From Flavobacteriales bacterium (GTDB taxonomy: Bacteria > Bacteroidota > Bacteroidia > Palsa-965), in contig JBEIPA010000020.1 in assembly GCA_040377305.1 (NCBI GenBank), positions 1 to 64,000 on the forward strand: DNA of 64,000 bases, in the 5' to 3' direction. Positions 57,381 through 64,000 of this stretch are shown piece after piece. Within the stretch, counting starts at the first letter, position 1; each line of letters begins with the position of its first letter. The position numbers were made by a program, and so were the translations under genes. A model generated the notes under the pieces. It searched no databases. It saw only the letters and a program-made list of their open reading frames with translations, and was not told where the DNA came from.

Positions 57381-58031
57381 CTACTGTTTCCATTCACGTT
57401 CTCCTAACATCGGCACGAAGCGGAACTTCCCATAAGACTCCGTAACTATTTGCCCATCAGGAGATTTATGAACCAGAATCATGTCCTGTACTTCACCATC
57501 TCCTATTGGAATTATCATTCTGCCGTTTGGCTTCAATTGGTCAACAAGCTTTTCTGGAAGTGAGGTCGCTCCACAGGTCACTATTATTTTATCGAATGGC
57601 GCAAATGCAGGTAATCCTTTATATCCATCTCCATAATAAAGATTGGGCTGATATCCCATCTTCGACAACATAGGCTTCGTTTTGTCGAAAAGCGATTTCT
57701 GTCTTTCGATACTATACACTCGTGCGCCACATTCCAGCAGCACCGCAGTCTGGTAGCCAGATCCGGTACCGATTTCTAAAACTTTATCGCCTTTTTTGAT
57801 TTCGAGCATCTGTGTCTGAAACGCTACGGTATAAGGTTGTGAGATAGTTTGTCCAGCTCCAATGGGAAATGCCTTATCGTCGTATGCAAATTTAAGGAAC
57901 ACATTGTCCATGAAAAAATGACGAGGGACAGTTTCTATGGCTTTAATTACTGACTTATCTGTAATACCCTTTCCAGCTACTTCCAACGCCAGCTTCTTTC
58001 GCATTCCTTTATGTAAGTAACTGTCCTCCAT
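57381..58031 (-). CDS. pcm: protein-L-isoaspartate O-methyltransferase
   Basis: VPRH.F, GQTISQP, VLEIGTGSGYQ, APFDKI, FRFVPM. Confidence 0.96.
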   Translation of the reverse strand: MEDSYLHKGMRKKLALEVAGKGITDKSVIKAIETVPRHFFMDNVFLKFAYDDKAFPIGAGQTISQPYTVAFQTQMLEIKKGDKVLEIGTGSGYQTAVLLECGARVYSIERQKSLFDKTKPMLSKMGYQPNLYYGDGYKGLPAFAPFDKIIVTCGATSLPEKLVDQLKPNGRMIIPIGDGEVQDMILVHKSPDGQIVTESYGKFRFVPMLGEREWKQ

Positions 58032-58257
58032 GCACGATGTAAAGTTAAGATTACGTTCACACTTATATAGTACACTGTTCTTACAGATAGGAAAAGCAGA
58101 CAACCAGCTTAAAAATATACATGGCTGACGACTATCGGTAACAGTGAACCAATCAACAACTTAACGGTGAACTGACTTTGTGATGTTGATATGTTACGAA
58201 TGTACTCCACGATGAAGGCGATGCGTGAAAGTATTTTTGTAAGAAATCAATACATGT

Positions 58258-59262
58258 ATGTTGAAAATCGGAGTGCTTGGTGCCGGACATCTTGGTAAGA
58301 TCCACATTCGTTGTCTGAAGGAGATTCCTACGTTTCAACTCATGGGCTTCTTTGACCCTGATCCTGAAAACGCTGCGAAGGTTGAGGCTGAATTCGGAAT
58401 CAAGGCATGGAACTCGGCGGCAGAACTGACAGACGCGTGCGATGCAGTCGATATTGTTACGCCTACTTTATATCACTACGACCTCGCAGTGCAGGCTGTG
58501 AAGAAGTCGAAGCACGTATTTATTGAGAAGCCGTTGACACATACGGTTGCTGAAGGAAAATCGCTGGTGCAGCTGGCTACCGAAGCCAATGTCAAAGTTC
58601 AGGTTGGACACGTTGAGCGATTCAATCCTGCATTTCTCGCATCGAAGCATATTCTGGAAGAACCCATGTTCATTGAAACGCATCGACTTGCGCAATTCAA
58701 TCCGCGCGGAACAGATGTTTCTGTGATTCTCGATTTGATGATTCACGATATCGACATTGTCCTGAGCCTCGTGAAAGCAAACATCCGTCGCATCAGTGCA
58801 AGCGGTGTGTCTGTAGTAAGTGAAACACCTGATATCTGCAATGCCCGAATTGAATTCGATAATGGTGCAGTTGCAAATCTCACGGCCTCACGCATCTCCT
58901 TAAAGAATATGCGCAAGAGCCGCTTCTTCCGAAAAGACGCGTACATCTCGGTCGATTTCCTCGAGAAGAAAGTAAACATCGTTCGCATGAAGAATGTGGA
59001 AGGTCCGGTTGATGATCCGTTTGCAATGCTCATTGACCTCGGCGCGAACAAAGGCAAGAAGCAAATTTGGTTCGAAAGCCCGAATGTCGATCCGCTGAAC
59101 GCAATCAAAATGGAACTCGAAACATTCGGCGATGCAATACGCAATAACACACGACCAATTGTATCAATTGAAGAAGGATACAAAGCGCTTGAAGTGGCGC
59201 ACAAAATCATTGAGCAGCTGGCGATAAATCAGTTGGAGTCGGCTCCGGCTGCGATTAGTTGA
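58258..59262 (+). CDS. Gfo/Idh/MocA-family oxidoreductase
   Basis: GAGHLG, EKP, GHVERFNPA, DLMIHDID, TASRIS. Confidence 0.92.
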   Translation: MLKIGVLGAGHLGKIHIRCLKEIPTFQLMGFFDPDPENAAKVEAEFGIKAWNSAAELTDACDAVDIVTPTLYHYDLAVQAVKKSKHVFIEKPLTHTVAEGKSLVQLATEANVKVQVGHVERFNPAFLASKHILEEPMFIETHRLAQFNPRGTDVSVILDLMIHDIDIVLSLVKANIRRISASGVSVVSETPDICNARIEFDNGAVANLTASRISLKNMRKSRFFRKDAYISVDFLEKKVNIVRMKNVEGPVDDPFAMLIDLGANKGKKQIWFESPNVDPLNAIKMELETFGDAIRNNTRPIVSIEEGYKALEVAHKIIEQLAINQLESAPAAIS

Positions 59263-59298
59263 TGTGCGAATTAGTTGATTAGTTTATTCGGGTGTATT

Positions 59299-59322
59299 TG
59301 TCAGACTGAGCGAAGTCGAAGG
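59299..59322 (-). repeat. intergenic REP CCTTCGACTTCGCTCAGTCTGACA
   Basis: Reads TGTCAGACTGAGCGAAGTCGAAGG on +; related copies at 8386-8409 and 25470-25493. Confidence 0.7.
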
Positions 59323-59561
59323 TTGACGGCCCGGGATTTATCCGTTGCCAGTTACAAACTGGTTGTTTTCTCAGGGGAATGGACTTCCTATTTTTATTCC
59401 AGAGAAAAGTTCTCTAGTCGCGTTGAGCTAAGCCAAGCTGCAAAATTTCGAGTTTTGTAGTCTGAATACCGAATCCCCGGTTCCAAGTCGCGAATTCCTT
59501 TATTTTTGCGCCCGCTTGCACAATACGATGCAATATTTGGCGTTATACACGTGCACATCAG

Positions 59562-60422
59562 ATGAAACACATTCTACGCAAAGTTGGCCTGCTAGTGGTA
59601 GCCATCGGGGCTTTTGCCTTTGATGGTTGCTCCGTTTTTGATCCCGCAGAGGAGATTCCTTCTTATGTCCGGATTGAATCGATTTCCCTTCAAATCAACA
59701 ATTCGGTAATCGAGGGGTCCGGATCACAAAAGATTACAGATGCCTGGGTTTACGTCGATGGCGACCTGATTGGCGCTTTCGAAATGCCGGTAAATATTCC
59801 GGTTCTGGCTGAAGGAACACACCAGATTCTGGTTCTTGCCGGGGTTAAACAGAACGGCCTCTCCACTACCCGCGCCATTTATCCGTTTTACAAAGGCTGG
59901 CAGAGTACGATAACACTTACCCGCGGACAAATTCTTACCGTTAGTCCGGTGGTTGAATATTACTCGGCAACCAACTTCATGTGGATGTGCGATTTCGATC
60001 AGCCCGGAACAAACATCAACGACAATTTTGGGCCCTGGCCCGGACGTTTGCAGGAAGTTTCCGGTCCAATGGCTTACGAAATTGAGTCGGGATACGTGAC
60101 TTTGACGGCAGATACTTTCGAGTTCTACGCACAAAGTTCGCTTGCCTACGAGTTCGAAGGACAGTACGACATCTATCTCGAGATGAACTATTCGTGCAAC
60201 CAGAACTTTGTAATTGGACTCTATTGCGTGGAGACCGCTGCCTACATTCCATGGGTTGAAGTGTCGAACAGCGATACCTGGAATAAGATTTATATACGTT
60301 TGAATGACGCGGTCCTAACTCAACCACCGGGGAGTCGTTATCACGTGTACGTAGCCATGAAAAAGGACGAAACCGTACCTAATCCTTGGCTTGCGATAGA
60401 TAACCTTAAACTAATCAACTAG
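59562..60422 (+). CDS. hypothetical lipoprotein
   Basis: Lipobox-like FDGC; ITDAWVY..G...G.FE.P; WNKIYI; IDNLKL. Confidence 0.8.
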   Translation: MKHILRKVGLLVVAIGAFAFDGCSVFDPAEEIPSYVRIESISLQINNSVIEGSGSQKITDAWVYVDGDLIGAFEMPVNIPVLAEGTHQILVLAGVKQNGLSTTRAIYPFYKGWQSTITLTRGQILTVSPVVEYYSATNFMWMCDFDQPGTNINDNFGPWPGRLQEVSGPMAYEIESGYVTLTADTFEFYAQSSLAYEFEGQYDIYLEMNYSCNQNFVIGLYCVETAAYIPWVEVSNSDTWNKIYIRLNDAVLTQPPGSRYHVYVAMKKDETVPNPWLAIDNLKLIN

Positions 60423-60430
60423 AGTACTTT

Positions 60431-61852
60431 ATGAATAAGACCGCACAGGTCATTAAATACCTGTTGAGCGACACCGTAGCCGCGGCTGCCGCATGGTTTT
60501 GTTTCTATACTTATCGCAAAAAGAGCATTGAGTCAACCAAGTTCGGCATCGATTTGGATGTGCCTTACGACTCCAAATTCCTGATTAGTTTGATAGGAAT
60601 TACCGCGTTCTGGTTGTTCCTCTACATCATCACCGGAACGTACCGCAACATCTACCGCAAGTCGCGATTGAAAGAAATCGGCCAGACCTTCCGCATCACA
60701 TTCCTCGGCGTAATCGTCATCTTCTTCACCCTCCTACTCGACGACACCATCATCAGCTATCAGACGTATTATATGTCTACGCTCATGCTGTTTTTGTCGC
60801 ACTTCGGTTTCACCGCTTTCGGACGCATGGTTCTTTCATCGTTCACCAACAGCCGAATCCGGAACCGGAAGATTGGTTTCAACACCATTCTTATCGGCAG
60901 CAATGCCAATGCATACAAGCTCTTCACCGATCTCGAAAGCCAACAACGTTCATGGGGACACAAGTTTGTTGGTTTCGTTCACGTCGACAACAAGAACGGT
61001 TTCTCTGAAGAACTCCGGCAAAAGCTTCCGAATCTGGGTGAAGTAGAAAATCTCCGCAAGATTGTAAACGAAACGAAAGCCGAAGAAGCAATCATTGCCA
61101 TTGAAACTTCGGAACACGATCGCATCAATTCCATCATCAATCAGGTAAACAGCTCAAGTGTGATCGTGAAGATGGTCCCGGACATGTACGATATTCTTTC
61201 CGGACAGGTAAAGATGACGTCCATTTTCGGAGCGCCACTTATTGAAATCAATCGGGAGATCATGCCGCAGTGGCAAGTGGTCCTCAAGCGAACGATGGAT
61301 ATTGTTGCATCGATTTTCGCGTTGATCATCCTGTCTCCTCTTTATCTCGTATTGATGATCGGAGTAAAGATGTCATCGAAAGGACCCATTTTCTATTCCC
61401 ACGAACGTATTGGTGAACACGGAAAGCCATTCAGCATCTGGAAGTTCCGTTCTATGTATACCGATGCAGAAAAAATGGGGCCCGCCTTGTCGAGCAAAGA
61501 AGATCCACGTATTACACCTTTCGGAAAGTTCATGCGTAAGTCTCGCATGGATGAATTACCTCAGTTCTGGAATGTACTGATCGGTGAAATGTCGTTGGTT
61601 GGTCCACGTCCTGAACGCCAGTTTTTCATTGACCAGATCGTTAAGATAGCGCCGCACTACTCTCACCTGCACAAAGTGAAACCAGGGATCACTTCCTGGG
61701 GACAAGTAAAGTATGGCTACGCAGAAAACGTGGACCAGATGATCGAACGTCTCAAGTACGATCTGCTTTACATTGAGAATATGAGTCTGTATGTAGACTT
61801 CAAGATTCTTATTTACACCGTGCTCATCGTAGTCCAAGGGCGTGGAAAGTAA
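60431..61852 (+). CDS. polyprenyl-phosphate sugar transferase (WcaJ-like)
   Basis: N-terminal TMs; KFRSM, DPRIT, DELPQFWNVL.GEMSLVGPRPE, KPGIT, YDLLYI. Confidence 0.95.
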   Translation: MNKTAQVIKYLLSDTVAAAAAWFCFYTYRKKSIESTKFGIDLDVPYDSKFLISLIGITAFWLFLYIITGTYRNIYRKSRLKEIGQTFRITFLGVIVIFFTLLLDDTIISYQTYYMSTLMLFLSHFGFTAFGRMVLSSFTNSRIRNRKIGFNTILIGSNANAYKLFTDLESQQRSWGHKFVGFVHVDNKNGFSEELRQKLPNLGEVENLRKIVNETKAEEAIIAIETSEHDRINSIINQVNSSSVIVKMVPDMYDILSGQVKMTSIFGAPLIEINREIMPQWQVVLKRTMDIVASIFALIILSPLYLVLMIGVKMSSKGPIFYSHERIGEHGKPFSIWKFRSMYTDAEKMGPALSSKEDPRITPFGKFMRKSRMDELPQFWNVLIGEMSLVGPRPERQFFIDQIVKIAPHYSHLHKVKPGITSWGQVKYGYAENVDQMIERLKYDLLYIENMSLYVDFKILIYTVLIVVQGRGK

Positions 61853-61956
61853 TTGAGCTTGTTTTCCATTTGTAAAAGGTTTCATCCCACTTATTGATTC
61901 TCTTAAGTTATTGCGTTTACGCTGATTTATATTTACTTGAATCAACACGCAAAACG

Positions 61957-63651
61957 ATGAAGAAACTCATTACACTACTTCTGCTTATTGGTTTTTGTAA
62001 GTGCGGATTTTCACAGATGAATCTACAATGGGGATTCAGCGTTGGCGACCAACTTGGCGCATTGAACATTACATCGCTTACCAGCGATTCGAACGGAGAT
62101 GTAATTGCGATGGGACACTTCGGTGGAACTGTTGACTTCGATCCAGGTCCAGCTAATTCCGCAACCGTAGCTCCGGGAAGCTTTGATAATATTTTTGTAG
62201 CGAGGTATTCATCTGCTGGAACCTTCACACGGGTTTTCGTTTTCGGCTCCAATGGACAGATCCGTCCAAATGAAGTGATCTCTGATAATGCAGGAGCTCT
62301 ATACATCAACGGTTGTTACACAGACTCATTTGATATTGATCCAGGTTCACAAACCTTCGTTCTGCCCGGTACTTCAAACTTCAAAGGTTTTTTCGCGAAG
62401 TTCACTTCTGTCGGCCACTTAATATGGGCTAAGTCATTCGATGATGGATCTGATAATTACGTCCATGATCTCGCAGTTGGTATTAGTGGTTCATTACACC
62501 TGAGCGGAAGTTTTAATGGAAGCTCTATGGACCTTGATCCTGGGTGGAGTACATTGAACGTGCCAAATCCCGGTACTTCTGTGACATATCTCTCAACATT
62601 CGACACGGCAGGAAATTTTGTTGATTCCTGGTACTACCAGAATAATCTCTCGACGTTCGCCATTTATTATTCAATTGATTATTTATCCGACGGCTCATTA
62701 ATTCTGTACGGCGGCGCAACTGGAGCAATGGATGTTGATCCGACCAGCGGGACTGCATACATTTTTGGTGGCTCTCATAACTTTCTGATGCGCTATATCT
62801 CGGATAGTTTGGCTTGGTGTTCATTATTGACCATTTCCACAGGTTACGGCTGCGTAGGCAATCTGGCGGTCAATTCGAATGATGATATTCTTCTCTCCGG
62901 TCAATTCGATGGCGAAATCGACATGGACCCTGGTGCTGGAATCGATACGATTAACAATGGTCAAGGAACCTATGACATTTACGTTGCAAGTTATAGTTCC
63001 AGTGGTAATCTGAATTGGGCACACAGTTTGGGATCACAAGGTCACGATGAGATTACTGGAATTGCAATTGATCAATCAGACAATATATACCTAACCGGTG
63101 AGCTTGACGGAGCGATTGATTTCGATGCTTCTACAGCCACTGCTTTAGACTCGTCGACCAACTTCACGCGAGATCCTTTCATTCTGGTATACTCTCAAAC
63201 CGGAGGATATTTACAACACTATTCGTTTGGTACCGCGAACAATATTGAACAAGGCATCAGTGCGACCGCAACCAATTCCGGTGTTGTTTTCTCTGGTCAG
63301 ATTCGCGGGACTGTCGACGTACAACCAGGTTCCGGCACAGTTAATATTGGCGATATGTTTTCCGATGGTTATCTCATTTCATACGATTTTGTTCTTGGTA
63401 TTTCCACATTTGAAATGACCGACACCAAATTGTATCCCAATCCTATGAACAACTATACGAACGTAAAACTTCCAATAACCATGAATAGCGGAAACGTAGA
63501 AATATATAATGCGTTAGGCCAACTAGTATCCAGCTTTGCAACTACCAACAATGAGTTTGTAATTGAGAGGAACAACCTTCCCGCAGGAATTTACAGCGTA
63601 ATTGTAACTTCAGATTCAAAAGTTGCTCGCGCACAGCTAATTATCAACTAA
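61957..63651 (+). CDS. beta-propeller protein with DFDPG-type repeats and T9SS CTD
   Basis: Signal peptide from MKKLIT; repeated G.F.GT.DFDPG units; LYPNP...YNALGQ...GIY CTD. Confidence 0.85.
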   Translation: MKKLITLLLLIGFCKCGFSQMNLQWGFSVGDQLGALNITSLTSDSNGDVIAMGHFGGTVDFDPGPANSATVAPGSFDNIFVARYSSAGTFTRVFVFGSNGQIRPNEVISDNAGALYINGCYTDSFDIDPGSQTFVLPGTSNFKGFFAKFTSVGHLIWAKSFDDGSDNYVHDLAVGISGSLHLSGSFNGSSMDLDPGWSTLNVPNPGTSVTYLSTFDTAGNFVDSWYYQNNLSTFAIYYSIDYLSDGSLILYGGATGAMDVDPTSGTAYIFGGSHNFLMRYISDSLAWCSLLTISTGYGCVGNLAVNSNDDILLSGQFDGEIDMDPGAGIDTINNGQGTYDIYVASYSSSGNLNWAHSLGSQGHDEITGIAIDQSDNIYLTGELDGAIDFDASTATALDSSTNFTRDPFILVYSQTGGYLQHYSFGTANNIEQGISATATNSGVVFSGQIRGTVDVQPGSGTVNIGDMFSDGYLISYDFVLGISTFEMTDTKLYPNPMNNYTNVKLPITMNSGNVEIYNALGQLVSSFATTNNEFVIERNNLPAGIYSVIVTSDSKVARAQLIIN

Positions 63652-63788
63652 ACTCGGGATAACTTTTCTCCTGTCTCCCGTCTGTCGTCTCCCGTCTGTT
63701 ACTTACCTTCGGCGCAAATAAACAGACACTTTCAGAATGAAACCGCGCCCCAAGCGGTTCACGAATTCGAAAATGAAAACTAAAAAGC

Positions 63789-64000
63789 ATGAGTAAAAAC
63801 ATCACCGTCATCGGTTCCGGCACCATGGGCAATGGAATCGCACACGTATTCGCACAAACAGGTTACGCAGTAACACTCGTTGATATTTCCAAAGAAGCGC
63901 TTGATCGCGGAATTGCAACCATTACAAAGAATCTGGATCGTCAGGTTGCGAAAGGAACACTCACGGAGGCCGACAAAGCAGCTACCCTCGCCCGCATTGC
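63789..64000 (+). CDS. 3-hydroxybutyryl-CoA dehydrogenase (5' part, truncated by the window)
   Basis: MSKNITVIGSGTMGNGIAHVFAQ Rossmann N-terminus read from ATG 63789. Confidence 0.9.
   Translation, partial: MSKNITVIGSGTMGNGIAHVFAQTGYAVTLVDISKEALDRGIATITKNLDRQVAKGTLTEADKAATLARI

Overview
Chromosomal segment of a Bacteroidota bacterium, judged from TAnnTTTG -7 promoter elements, five T9SS C-terminal sorting domains, BtuB/BtuG and a BBP2-type porin. It is mostly housekeeping and envelope genes (yebC, thiolase, lpxB, surE, hsp20, smpB, pcm, sugar transferase, two tRNA-Leu) interleaved with accessory material. Highlights: (1) a potassium locus where a minimal KdpD-like kinase and KdpE sit upstream of two Kup transporters, a porin and a small Sm/LSm-like protein instead of kdpFABC, with two KdpE-type boxes; (2) a winged-helix-regulated envelope operon with twin ACTTTG-N5-CAAAGT operators, a DUF4173-LRR fusion and a B12-binding radical SAM enzyme; (3) a Y1 HUH transposase (RAYT-like) bracketed by two REPIN-like nested palindromes, plus several other REP-like families, one of which appears inserted in-frame in two proteins; (4) a solitary cassette-like gene followed by a degenerate attC-like palindrome and a PIN toxin-antitoxin pair; (5) three paralogous secreted YD-repeat proteins; (6) a cobalamin riboswitch-btuB-btuG unit; (7) candidate structured RNAs. 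No CRISPR array, rRNA or prophage seen. All family calls come from motif recognition by eye; no database search was run.
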